Of a stretch of 56,049 nt of DNA, positions 13,601-27,228 are shown piece after piece; within the stretch, counting starts at the first letter, position 1; each line of letters opens with the position of its first letter. The notes beneath the pieces are model-generated. The model was not told the origin of the DNA. It saw nothing but the letters and a program-made list of their open reading frames with translations, and did not search any database. The translations under genes and the position numbers were made by a program. This DNA is from Intoshia linei (Eukaryota; Animalia; Orthonectida), in contig LWCA01000092.1 in the NCBI GenBank assembly GCA_001642005.1, positions 1 to 56,049 of the forward strand, written 5' to 3'.

Positions 13601-16600
13601 CTTGTATTATGCTAGCTATTGCCGTGTATTTCAAAACACAAAACGAACTAACCATTGCACAACGTCCTTCTCTAATAATATTTTATAATTTAATCATTAA
13701 TGCAGCGTTTCCCAAATACCGGCCCGCGGACTGCACTGTACTGGTCCGTTAAATAATTTTTACTAATTAAAAGTCAATTAACTACGTTATTTATCAATTT
13801 TTGTAATGTTTCTTTGTAATTTTGCTTTAATGGTCCATGAAAAATTTTATAATTTGTTACCGGATGCCGGGAAAAAAGTATGGGAACCCCTCCATTAATG
13901 TATAATATGTTACAGTCCGTTTACAATTTCAGCCATTTTGTTATTTGCAGTTTGAGAATATGATAACTTATTAATTAACTTTTTGATAAGTAAAATATAT
14001 TAAAGGCCATGGGCTATTTCGTATTCTGTATGGGGATTACGTATTGGATTTTATTTTTTATAATGGTTTGGTAAAAGCAGATTTTAGAATATGAGATAAA
14101 AAAGTTTTAAATAATGTAAAATGTTTTAGTTACTCCTGACTTATTCTTGAAACTCCAAACGGACGGACACATATACTTGGACATAACACGTGCAATTATT
14201 AAATGGTACAATTTTTAATTTACATAAAGAGCGACTTTAGTGACAGGGTGGAAAAATTCAAATTTGAATGAAATTTATTGTTGAGATTTGAAAATATTAC
14301 TTTATCAGATTTTCTATGCATTCGATTCCGTCTTGTTGTGTGTTGAAGTGGGCTGCAGCACAAATTTCCGATTTACTAACGGAAATTCCGACGTGAGACA
14401 TTCTCATAGCATTAATATCGTTTGTTCCATCACCGCACATGGAGACGATATAACTATATTAATTACATTACTATCTGGCTAATATTAATTTATACAAAGT
14501 CTTTATTAACAGAATTTTTGTTAGCGGAAATTTTATTTTTTATGTGTTAACAGGATACAACTGTACCACCTGTAAATTTTTTTAAATTAAGGGCTATTTT
14601 CAATAAAACAAAAAGGGTAATTTGGGGTTTTGGCCCTGAAGAATATTTTTTTTAAATTTAAATTTTTGATAATATTCATGATTTAACAATCCGTATCAGA
14701 GTATATATTTTTTTAAACTCTCGAACTCGTTTCATTTTAAAAAAAATGAAAATTGGGCTTTTTGAACGTAAGATGTGAGTTTGGGAGGTTGAAATTTATT
14801 TTGCTAACATCACGGAAAAGACTGTAATTGAAATGTGGACTTTATAAAATTCTAAAACTAGTAGTTATTGAAATAAACGGTAACATACACACAGATATAC
14901 AAACACATATTGCGTAGCATATTATATAAGTAAGGATAAATATTAAATTATAATTTATAATTAATAAAATTTTTCATCGACCCAAAAAACTGCTGTGGAC
15001 CCCTATAGTTCACAGTGACCCCTTGATAATTTTTTGTTGGTATCACTTTATCTTGTATTATTCAAAAACTCATCACAAGAAATATGCCCATTTAATGGTT
15101 TTTATTTTAAAAAACTATATTTCGTTAAAAAGGATGTTTCTATGAAAAAAGTTCATTATTAACGGAATTACGGAATTTTAAATTTTTTTAATAAGGACTT
15201 AGACTATAGTATTTTTTATTATACTTTAATTTTTGATAAGAATCCACCAAATGACATTTTTGATCTGGAGACATTCTGGCAAAAACTTTACAGTACGGTA
15301 AAATCTAAATGAAATTTTTTTAAATTAAATAATAGTCAGATAATAATCTGTAGAATCAGTTAAGATTTCAAAAAAATTGACAAAAAAACAATTATATACA
15401 TGTAGACTAGTTTCATAAAATTTTAACTGGCGATCGAATAACCTCGGACACAAAATTCAGCTTGTCTTACACAAACAATACACATTTTATATAAACAAAA
15501 ACTGTTGCATATTAAAAATTTCGACCTATCTCACTAATATTGAAATTATAGAGTATTGAGTACTCAGTGACAATCTTTATTATGCATGTAGTATAAATTT
15601 TGCTAGTAAATGCTGCAAATTAAAAAAAAGTTTCTTGTACAAATAACTGATTAAGCAATGGTCAGTGACCATCTTTGAAATGGTATATAGCTCGCTTTTT
15701 CCCCAATGAGCACTGCCCATCGGCTACACATACAATTTGTTGATGCGCACGGTTTGAAAAACACTATCAAGTTGAAAATATTGTATAATTACTTGTCTAA
15801 GTATATTGGTATACCGCTCTTTTAAAATATCGAAAACATAACCCTCCATGACAAAATCAAAATTCTTTAATTCTGAATGAGCACACATATTCTGCAAATA
15901 CAGGTATAAATATTTAAAAAAAATTTTACATCATCAACTAAGGCTGATATATCGCAATCTCTAAACTTTGCAGTATTTTCATCTGAACAGCTACTCTCAT
16001 CATCATTAGAGCTGTAGTACATTTTTATGATGGGTGAAATATTACACGGAAATTTCGGTGCAGATTTGAAAAATTCAGTATTAGAAAACGGCCCATCATA
16101 TGTAATGTATAATATTGGCTTTTTGATCAAGTCGCATTTATTCGCAATACATATTGACGTATTTATATTGTCTCCAGATGACATGACCGTAAAAATATTT
16201 ACGCTTTCTAACAAGTTTAATGTTTTTTTCACTTTGGGTTGCAAATTATTTTCAACGAGTAAAAATCCTTCAAAAGTAAGTTTAGATTCAATTTCATCTC
16301 TATGCATTAGTATGTATTTTTTTTTTAAATTTAATAAACCTGGTCATGTGCATAGCATTGTGCCAACGTGTATCATTTAAATGCCTTGACGCTAAAGCTA
16401 TTACTCTGTATCCAAGTCTTGTGTAGAAGTCCAATTTTTTGTAAACGTTGTTGGGAACTAATTAAATTGATTTATTTTGGGTCAAGGGTAATTTTTATCA
16501 CGTTTTTGGGGTGATTATTCGTTATAAATGGTAAAAAATAGCTGGATAAAAAATGTAAAAAATGGGTATAAAAATATATTGTCGTTAAAACCGAACCTAT

Positions 16601-19600
16601 CAATGTTTCATCCCGAATGTCAAAAATAGACCACTGAAAAGTTTTATCAAAAAATGTGAATTTGCAGATTAAATCTGACATACAAAAGATGGAATATTGA
16701 AAAGTATTTTTTTGATGCTGAATTGGAAAAAAAGGGGGCCCATTTTTACAAAAAAGTATTTCATATGATTGTAGTGTATAGCTCAGAATATTATTAAATA
16801 TTGTAATATTAATGTGGATGTGTTGGAAAAGGTTTCCCTACAGTTAATTAGTTTCCATGTAAATTATACAGAATTAGTTAGTTAGAATAAATTATATAGT
16901 TAGAACCGTCGAGAGCCAATAGTAGGATCGGACTAGATGGAAATTGTAGGACCCTATAAATTTTTTTTTTAAAAAAATGGGACCTCTATACATTGCTTAA
17001 TTGATCATTCATTATCTAAAAACTAAAAATAACTAATTGGATGTTAATAGAACATTTTACATATTACATTATAGCAGAGTTTCTTAACCTTTTTTACTTC
17101 ACACCTGCTAAATAAATAAAAATTTGGGCGTACATTAAATTATGATAAGAAAAAAACACATCGATACTCAAAAATGTGCAAATATTAACAACGATAAATA
17201 TAACATCATAATACAAAAATACTTTTATTTGGTAAACTTAAATATATTAATATATAATAGTAAAGAATTTGATGTATGATGGAATATTGATATTTTTGAT
17301 GTTTATCATATTATTTAAATAATACATTATATTAAATAGTAAATCCCAAAAAGTTCATCAAAGAATGGTCAATGTAAACATTTAACGTTATTTTAAAAAA
17401 ATTTATAAAATAAACTCAAATTTCTATGCGGCGTACTCGAACTCTACTCATGGCGCATCGGTTAAGAATCACTGTATTAAACGATAATTTTGGTATACTA
17501 AAAAAATATTTCCAACATCATTGATTAATAAATTATAAATTTAGGCCCTTATGATTTTAGGCCTGCGCCATATGGTCCTCTCTTCGTCCCTGCATACAGT
17601 TGATATGTACTGTCGCACATGGAACCAATGGCTTTTGAACCAATTAAAATATTATTTTATATATTTGATTACCTGTTTGAAAAAGACATAAAGGTATTAT
17701 TTTTTCTGGTGCTCCCTTTGAATAAGAAATTAAATCTGAATTATCTAATGAACTCGTTAGAACACTCATCATCTTTACAGTTGTATTAAATGGAAAGTAC
17801 TTTAAGATTCCAATCTCTTCCAATGTCTAATAAAATAATATGTAATCTATACAACTGTCAGTCAATTTTTACAAAAGATATTGTAAGATGCGACCCAGGC
17901 GTATTATACGCCTGTCCGTTAAGTTTCGGAAACTATAACCCTTATATAAATCAGTTTTTCTCAATTGAGTATCTGCGGAATACACACAATTTATGAGGAT
18001 CAGTGATTGGAAATAATTCATTTTTTATAAAATAATTGCAATTAATTAAAAAATGAAAAGATAATTTTCAATTAATTGATTTTTTTCCCATAACTAAAAA
18101 AAATAAATTGAATCCATTTATTTAGGAATGGTTGGATGAAAAAGTTAATTAAAATTTTTTTGTGAAATAAATGTAGTTCAAAAATTAAATTTAATCATTA
18201 TACACTATAATTTATAATAATACAATATTAAGGTGTCAAGTTGACACTGTCAATATTTGTTGTAGTATCACAATCCACCATGCTTTATTTATTTCCAAAT
18301 TCGAAGAAATAATATGAAAATATTTTCTAAATGCTATTTTGCAAATAAAACATAATGCAACTAAAATAGTTTGACACTGGATAATAAAATATTAACAACT
18401 TTTCATTATTTTATGTAATTTTAGAAAATTTAGTCACCAGAAAAATAATGTACTTAACTTACTAGCTTAACTTTTATGTACTTCTATCAAACAGCATCCT
18501 AGTATATTCATTATAACCTCATGACAGTTTTTTAAAAATGATTGATATTGTTATCAGTCTTCAATTAATTGAAATTTTTTATTTTTCATAGAGTAATAAA
18601 TTAACAAATAATTTTTGACCAAACAATTAATTGATAATTTTTCAATAATTTTTACCAATTAATTGTAATTAAATTAGTTGCAATCAATTAATTCCAATCC
18701 CTGTTTGTGTGTATTACCGTTTAATAAAAAAATTAAAAGTCTTAATATTTAAACCTAGAGAGTAAAAGCCGAACCTACTGTACTGCGATTCTCTTCAACG
18801 GGACTTTGACGAAATTTTTGTAAAATAGGAGATCATTTTTCCAAATTAAGCATTAAAAATTATATTCTTGAGTATTATAACTATTTGGTGTTAAATTTCA
18901 ACTATAGACCCATGTATATGGGCCTAGGCTAGGGCCGTGGAGAGCCAAAAGTAAGCCCGGTATGATGGAAATTATAGGCCCTATAAAAAAAGTTTAAAAA
19001 AGGGACTCTATACATTGCTTAATCGATCGTTTATTATCATATGATTATCTAAAAATTAAAAATAACATGTGGAAGTCACATAGGTTATCGAAATTATGGT
19101 ATATTTAAGACTATGTCAAATATTACCTATTAATACATTAAAAAAGTAGACCCTCATGATTGTAGGCCCGGATCATATGGCCCTAGCCCTCTCCATTGCT
19201 TTGGCTAGGGGCTAGATAGGGCTAGGGCTACACTACGCCTGTATGCAAAAATTTTGTTAGGGACCTATTTTTGATTTACCATGGCCTCGAACGTGTTAGA
19301 TTTGGCTCTGGTAGTATTATATATTACGTTAAAAGATTTCAATACAACAGGAACACAATCATCATATTGTTCATTGTCATTTTCTTCATTATCTTCCAAA
19401 ACCCACCTCGAAGCATTGAACATTGCCAAATCCATTGCATCTCCAACAACATTATTATTAACTCTAGTAAGCGTGTGGCAACATGCAATACATTTTTTAA
19501 TACTTTGATTATCTTCAATATTATCAATAAGAATAGAATTTTCTGAAAACGATCTATGTGTAGGAAACACATTTAATAATTATTAAATCTAAATTACCCT

Positions 19601-22600
19601 CCTTCGGATTTAACAACACTTGTAATGGCAACTTTTGTTTCAGTCAAAGTGCCGGTTTTATCAAAAATGGCACAATCTATAATACCAGCAAAATTGACAT
19701 ATTGCGCATTGTTGCAAAAAATATTGCATTTTCGGAGACGTTTTCTAGCGTAAATGAATCCAACCGTCATCGCTATTGGCATTGAAGGCGGTACTAATTA
19801 TAATTGTTTAAATATTAAACTACATAATACTCATAATGGTAAATATGTCTAATGATCGAATAATTATGTGAAACCAGTCATTCTAAATATGGTAATGTAT
19901 AGATTAACAAGATGATTACATTGTTTTTGTACAACACAATGAAACTATAAATAGACCCGCACAGACCAAAGAGGAACAAGCTACCCACAATTTTAACTGC
20001 ATCGATATAAAATTTTCGGCTTAATGGTTTGGGGTATAGCATAGAATTTACTAGATTTCCTTTAAATGTGGTAAAACCTAAAGAGGGTAAATAATTTTTA
20101 ATTTTAATTTCAATTTATCTACCTGTATTTACTACCATCGCTTTTATTTTTTCATCTTTGTAATATCGTGTTTGAATGACATATGTACCACAAAAAACTG
20201 TTTGTAATTTAAATTTATGAGGCTCGTAGTTATCTTGAATACTGCCATTTGTAATGGCTATTTTTGTCACTGGAGTAGTTTCACCTAACAAGTTTGAATA
20301 ATTACAATACCTCCATTATTATAGATAACCATCATATATGTCACTCTAAGGTAGAATAGACCAGTGGTAGTTATACGGGGGACTTGGCCGAAAGGGTCGT
20401 AATAGTCTATAGGGGTTATTTATAAATTATTATTAAGAAAAATTATTAGATTAAATTAGAATCGATAACGATTTAAGTCTTTGAAATGTAATTAATATAT
20501 TCTGGAAATTCGGTTAAGGATTAATTTTTGATAATAAATTTAAATTATTACATTTGTTGACAAATGTACTAAATTATGTCACAAAAATCAACAATTTGTG
20601 AATAAAAAATTAGTTTAAATCGCTGATGCTTTGTTTACATATACATATTAATATATACATGTACTGTTTTGTACTAATTTCTCTTTTCTAAAAATATGAT
20701 GGGTCGAATATTTATTTTGGATTCACTGGAATAGACCATTCAAATTTAAACATTATATTTTTTCGGTCATTTCACTGTCCACGTCAATTAAATTTAACTG
20801 AAAATCAAAAAATACCGAAAATACGTATTATATAGATGAAATATATAAATGAAAAAATTTCGTGACCGCTGGCAGCCTATAGCGCGCTGCTGTAATACTT
20901 ACTTATATAAAATTATTTAACTAAAAATGTGTGTCTGTTTATTTATTTGTCTGTTACCATTTAGTTAAGAAAGTAATAGGCGTAATTTTAGAAATACCAA
21001 TTTCTTATATAGTTTGTGGAGCGTGAGGTTTATCGGTAATTTCATTGTCATAATTGCGTTTTTTAAAGTCAAAAACCCCTAATAATTATTTTTTATATAA
21101 AAATCAAACGAGTCCTAAAATTTAAAAAAAATATGCACCTAGTAGAAATTTTAAAATCATTAATATTATGATAACTTTAAATTATTAAAAACGTATATCT
21201 TCATGATGGAAACCAGAAATTACCTTTTTTTTAAAAATCAAAAAAGTCACATAATTTTATACAACATAAATTGTCGGGTAGGTTTTAAAATGTGTTAAGA
21301 TGTATTATAATTTAAATACAAATGTTATCAAAAAAAAATTAATTGTGAATAATTATACAAGTAATGTATGACGGGTCTATGCTGAATTCATGTTTAGGAA
21401 ACACTCCTTCATCCAAAATGCATTATAGAAGAAAAAACCATGTACTGCAGTTATTTAAAATTTTATTTTTTCTAGGATTCATGTTTTTTATGACGATTTC
21501 TTAAGGTTATAATTATAATTGGATTGTTTTAAGATCATACTTTAATTGTATTATAAATTAAAATTTCGACCTTCGACAGAGTTAGCCACGGTTTGTACCA
21601 AGTACATAATAGTCAAGCTACTGCAGTTATAATATATTTACTATTTCGTTTTTCTACTAACACTAAGTATTTGGTATAATTATCAACCTGTTAGTAATGA
21701 TTCATCTACAATTAAACTGCCATTTAAAAGAACAGCATCGCAAAACATTTTAAAACCGTTAGTGGGCATATAAAATATTGTTCCGGGTACCAAATCTTTT
21801 ACATTGACACTTTGAACCTCTAAAAATTTATGATTTATATATATATTCATGATGAGTTATTATTATCAATAAAAATTATGAACATTTTATTTCAAATGCT
21901 AATTATTTATGGGAGTCTTTTATGGTTTAGCCTGAACCTTTTTTTTTTCCAATTTGTATTTAAATTAAATCTAAATTTTAAATGAATGTGCTTGAAATCC
22001 GAGTTGCTAGATTTTGGGATTTTATCCAAAATCCTAGACGACCGCTACATAAATAAATAAACCCAAAATAAAAAACCCCATTTTACCTACCCTTAAGGTA
22101 AAAATCCCCTTTTTCCAATATTTTTTTGAAAAACACGATTTTACTAAATCTTATGATAAATAATTTGGCAACTCTACTTGAAAATGTTAAGTTGAAATTT
22201 TGAATAAAATGTTCATACGATGTGGTTTTAAACTTTAAACCAGGGTTGAGCAAACTTATTGGTATTTTGGCCGCATTGAACATGCATCAATATGTTTAAA
22301 TTAAGCTTTAAACTAAACGACGTTGATTTTTTATGTCAATTATTTTTTAATAAATTAAAAAACTAGTTTACAATGAAATTCAGACTAAAAGACTAATTAA
22401 ATATTTTCATTTACAGAATAATTTTTTTATTATATAATATGCTATGCTACGCGATTTCTGTTTTTGTGTGTGTGTGTTCTACTTTATTGATATAAATACC
22501 AGTCTTAGAAATTTATAAAGACCACATTTCAATTACAGTTTTTTCCGGGACGTATAATAAGATAAATTTCAATCCTCTAAACTCCCATTTTACGGGTCAA

Positions 22601-25259
22601 AAACTCCAATTGTCCCTCTTGTTGAAAATTAAACGAGATGGAGAATTTAAGAAAATATATACGCTGATACGGATTTTAATATTATAAACATAAAAATAAA
22701 CAAATTTAAAAAAATTATATTTTCAGAACCAAAAGTTTAAATTACTTTTTTTTTTTTAATGAAAGCAGCACTAGAATGTCAAAAAATTTACAGGTAGTAC
22801 AGTTGTATTTTGTTAACACACATAAAAAATTTCAATTTGAATAAGTGACGATTTCACGGTCAAAAAAGTATTTTAGTATTGATTTTTTTTTACCGAAATG
22901 TTTTATTAAAACAAAAAATGTGAAATAATTAAAGGTCCGAAAATTAAAAAAAAAAATTATTCTGATAGAGATTATTCCAGTTGATATAAATACAAAAGTT
23001 CAACCCGAGAAATCTACGCTTTCCCGATGAAAAATAATTTTTAATATATTATCAACTGAATTTCGATTAAAATAAACATTGATTATGTAAATATTCATCC
23101 TAATATTGATGTGATCATTTCTAAAGTCTTAGTTTAGTAATTTTTATATAAATATGTTCACTAATTTTTAATTATATTTTAATTAATAAAATTCAAATTA
23201 ATATTTGTCATGATTTATTAGTTCGTGATTACAATTTTAGCATTAGTTATGCACTTACATTATTATTATTTATTATGACTTATTGTTGAATTATTTAATA
23301 ATTAATTAATTATTAATTAAAATTGTTAGTTTAATAATGTTTTGAGTAAAGATATTTTTTTATGCGGCCAGTAAATAATTTTTTGACATTTAGCCCGCCA
23401 AGTCAATTTAGTCGTATATTATATTATATATATACAAAATTGTAGTTATTTGTAAAATTACCATTGTTACTTAGAATAACATCAACACTAAAATCTTCAC
23501 AATTGCATAGTTCGATCATTTTTGTGTTGGCCTAAAATCACTAAAGTAAACCAGTGTGACGAAATAATTTAATCAAAATGATATACAGGTACGATCCGAC
23601 TAGTTCGGCTAATATACTGAAAAAAATTTCGATTTTTTATTAAAAATATGATTACAATTAATAATTGAATTAGTAATATTGATTTGATTTTGATGGCAAA
23701 GTGAAGGTACACGGTAAATCGCAATGTGGAAATTTTGGAAACTTTCAGGGCGTATTTATCAAAATTTGAATCATTTATCAAAACAATTACAATATTGCTT
23801 TAAAATTTATTAATCCTAACTTATACAAACTAATGTGTCTGTGTGTAACCATTTATTGAAAAAACTGACATTCTTGGAAATTTAAAAAAAAAATTGGCAA
23901 AAAATACTATACATTTACTAGTTACATTGTACAATGTACAATGTATATAGTTAACCTGTACAGATGTTTTACTGTACAAACTAAACGAAATAATTTAGCA
24001 TTTAAAATTACTAGTCATTAAATTAAACTAAACATTAATTACATGTACTTTAATAAAATACTGTGAAAATTTTATAATGAACCTGTTTACTTTCAGAGAC
24101 TGAAGCTGCAACACAAACTAATGATATCAAGAAAATGGCGGCAGCATATATATAATATTCATCACAAATCCAAATACCAAAAGATCCAACTTGAAATAAA
24201 TAAAATGGATTTATAATCTAAAATATGTTTCAAAATTTAAAATTTAATCTTAAAAATTCGTGTTACTTCATCAAATATTAAACTGAAATATGAAGAATTT
24301 GCAATGTGTAATTTGTTGTCCCCATATAAATATTTTCTAAAAAAATAAAAAAATTTTTTTTAATTTTAATATTAATGTAATATTAATTAATTTTACCTGT
24401 TTTTCATTTCATTCAATGATAATGGAGCTGCATCTATAATATTTGAACAATCTAATCCGCAATATCCGCTAAAAAATACGCTATAATCCATTAATTCGTT
24501 AAGGGATCACAGGGAAAACCACTTTTACAGACGTAAACTGCAAATTATTATTCATCAAACCCTATAAGTGAGTTTTGGTTACAAATTAATATATACTTCA
24601 ATTAAATTCTCAAATAAAAAGTTATCTGAAACTGTAAAGAATAAAATAATTATAATATACTTAAGGTTCCTAAATGTTAGAGTTTCTTTGTTTAAAGTAT
24701 ATTTTACATCTCGAAAGACAAAATAGGTAAGAACATCGTTGTGTGTTCCAATAAAACTTTGACTTGTTTTGAAATCGATAGTAATGTTCCTAAAATGTTT
24801 TATTTTTACTTTATCAAGTAACATACCGTGAACGATCATATGACTTACACCTCACAATAAAATGTCTTTTATAAATGTCCTAAATTAATAATGAAAAAAA
24901 ATTATTAATTGAAATGTATAAAAACGTGTATAATTTACCATGATTAAAAAATATTCTGCTTCTACATGATAACATCTTTTGCATGTGAGGTATAAAATAA
25001 TTTTTCTTTTAAAATAAAAAAGTGCTAAAACAGGAATAAAGCCTGTGAGTATACCCGCAATAATTGTTAAAACTACACCAAATTGGTCTTTTTTGTAGCC
25101 TTTGCATTTCTAAAACGATATAAATATACATTTGAGTAGATACATATTCTTCTTCTGTACCCTCGTTTACATAGAATGTATATTCTTGAGAAAACTTTTT
25201 CTAAAATATTTATCATTTTTTCAAATTTAGTAAAATACATGTTGACTGCTGTTAAACAT
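10693..25259 (-). CDS. ATP13A3: P5B-type P-type ATPase (ATP13A3/ATP13A2-like), more than 25 exons
   Basis: N-terminus VNEGTEEEYKCKGY; INPFYLFQ; VDESLLTGETTPVTK; IPPSMP; phosphorylation motif FDKTGTLT (near 19650); KGAPE; SGDN; FARMSPDQK; MCGDGTND; EGRCA; KGPPYRK. ATG at 25259; TGA at 10693-10695 through a phase-0 last intron. Confidence 0.92.
11443..11731. mobile_element. hAT-like MITE in ATP13A intron
   Basis: TIR cagtgatggcaa / ttgtcatcactg (11/12); flanks gtatatct / gtatacgt. Confidence 0.7.
13703..13892. mobile_element. hAT-Charlie (MER5-like) MITE, 190 bp
   Basis: Perfect 8-bp TSD cattaatg at 13695-13702 and 13893-13900; ends cagcgtttcccaaatac / gtatgggaacccctc. Confidence 0.85.
14505..14935 (-). 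repeat. Copy of dispersed TIR-less repeat family (Helitron/DINE-like, tentative)
   Basis: Reverse complement of the repeat at 22429-23060 and 46972-47600; shared blocks tgtgttaacaggatacaactgtac, ccgtatcagagtatat and cttatataatatgc. Confidence 0.7.
16901..17592. mobile_element. hAT-like MITE (CAGGGCCGTNGAGAG family) with nested Charlie-type MITE at 17075-17474
   Basis: Collinear with 18930-19203 (gagagccaa...gatggaaatt...gactctatacattgcttaat); flanks tatatagt / catacagt; nested element ends cagagtttcttaacc / ggttaagaatcactg. Confidence 0.75.
18001..18703. mobile_element. TIR element with aattaattg subterminal repeats
   Basis: TIR cagtgattggaaataatt / aattaattccaatccctg (16/18); no clear TSD. 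Confidence 0.7.
18930..19203. mobile_element. hAT-like MITE (CAGGGCCGTNGAGAG family), second copy
   Basis: tagggccgtggagag ... ctctccattgctttg; internally similar to 16901-17592. Confidence 0.7.
20362..20728. mobile_element. hAT-Charlie-like MITE
   Basis: Perfect 8-bp TSD gaatagac at 20354-20361 and 20729-20736; termini cagtg / cactg. Confidence 0.8.
21999..22176. mobile_element. hAT-like MITE (CAGAGTTGCCA family)
   Basis: ccgagttgcta ... tggcaactcta; flanks cttgaaat / cttgaaaa. Related sequence at about 8907-9200 and inside the elements at 47667 and 52572. Confidence 0.75.
22429..23060 (+). repeat. Dispersed TIR-less repeat family (Helitron/DINE-like, tentative)
   Basis: About 630 bp collinear with 46972-47600; starts ttatatataatgctatgc followed by a TG microsatellite. 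Partial copies at 26085-26250 (-) and 31148-31290; diverged relatives near 3700-4050, 20900-21280 and 43080-43420. Confidence 0.75.
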
Positions 25260-27228
25260 GTGTGTTATGTTATGAGGCATATATACAAATATTAATACAC
25301 TATTACACTTTATTATTATTTACTTTACATATTTACATTTCTTCATGATATATTAAATATCCAAGTTTATATAAAAATTGAAATAAAGACATAATATATG
25401 ATAAAATTGCACTTTAGCAATAAGGTTCGGGCATTATGACACGGCTAGTCTATCAAAATAAATTTTCTCAAATACTGTGTTTAAAGTTCAAATTATAAAT
25501 GTAAATATGTATTTTCCAGAAAAATCGTGGTTCACATATAAAATATTAGTAAATTTATTCAGTGCATAGATACTTCAAGTATTGTATATATCAGTGGTTC
25601 TTAAACTTTAAATTTGATGGACCCCAAATTTTACCAAATAAAAAAACCGCTTTTACCAATATTTTTCTGAAAAATTCCATTCTACCAAAAATTAATGTTT
25701 TAAAAATAATAAAATAAATAAAACATTTTTAAATGAAAAAAATCCGCATTTTCCCACCTCTAGACTAATCCAATTAACTAATTTTATTTACTACTAACTG
25801 CATTAATCTAATCATTAAACATTAGATTCGAACGTAATAATTTACTGTCTGGGAAACGCTGAACTAACCATTGTATAAAGTCATTTTGATTCAATTTTAT
25901 TTCGAAATTAACATTATGTAACCTTTTTGTCCAAACAAATGTTAATGACATGTTTTGTTTATTATTAAACATTTTATTTTAAGGAAATAATGGAATGTAT
26001 AATAAAGATAAAGAAAGATTGAGAATATTATAAATTAAAATACACAATAATTTTTGATAGATACCAGTGTTTCTTATTCATCACTTATTCGGATTGAAAT
26101 TTTTTGTGTGTGTTAACAGGATACAACTGTACCAATAGGGGTGTTTTCATAAAAAAAAAGGTAATTTGTGGTTTTGGCCTTGAAGATATTTTTGTTTTAA
26201 ATTTAAATTTATGATTTTAAAATCCGTATCAGAGTATCAGATTTTTTAAATTCTACATTAAAATCTATCATCTATCTAATCTAATCTATCTAACATTAAA
26301 AACTAGTTGAATACCCATGTTTTAAAATTTAAATGAATGGTTGCAAAATGTGTGAAAACAATTTTTTATTTTTAAATTCTAGGACCTTAATTTCTCAAAA
26401 AAATGTGTCTATAGTATATTGCTTTTTTGATTATTAAGGCTTTGTGACATAGAAAATTTGTATATATTTTACCTGGAAAATGTATGAAAAAATTGTGATT
26501 TTTTATAAATTCTGGAATTATTAGTGTAGATTCAAATTTTATAAATAATCGATAATTTAAGGTTATTCCATTAAGATACAAGTTTTTGAAATTGATATTT
26601 ATAAATTATAATGTTCAATATTTTAAAATCTGGATGATAATATACAAACTAATATTTAAAAAAACATTAGATTAAAAAAAGAATAATTGATGTTTTTTAC
26701 ACTGAAGGACTCAATCTCTGATATAAATTTTCGATACATCTCATTATAATTAAAAAATGTATTAGAAATTTTAGTTTTTAAAACTCTACTTACTAAAAAT
26801 AAGATAACTCGAAAACTTGATATGATTGGGGGGAAAACAAATAATATCACGTTAATCGTATATTTCGGATATATTGTTTGTTTTATAAAAATAAAAAACT
26901 TTTAGATGTTTAGTTCCGGGTGGCTACGTCCAGTTTTTCTAACTCTGTACTAGATAATACTAGTATTGCTGGTGTCAATTCTAATAATTGTTACATTTTT
27001 AAGAATCTTAATGGGTTATATTTTTTCAATAGTCACATCAATAATTGTTATGGATTGAATTTTTGTTATACTACATTATACCTTAAGTTGGATAATTCTT
27101 ATTTGAATTAAACTAAACTTCGATTTCAACTTTAAATAAAAATGAACGCTATGTTCCACAAACTATGTATTGACATAAAAAAATGTAGATCAAATGTATT
27201 ACAATTATTTTATAAATCTACTTTTAGT

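Noticed and set aside
26380-27111. Short ORFs between ATP13A and SLC25A16 as a hidden gene
   Set aside because: No consistent spliced frame or known motif; probably decayed repeat sequence.
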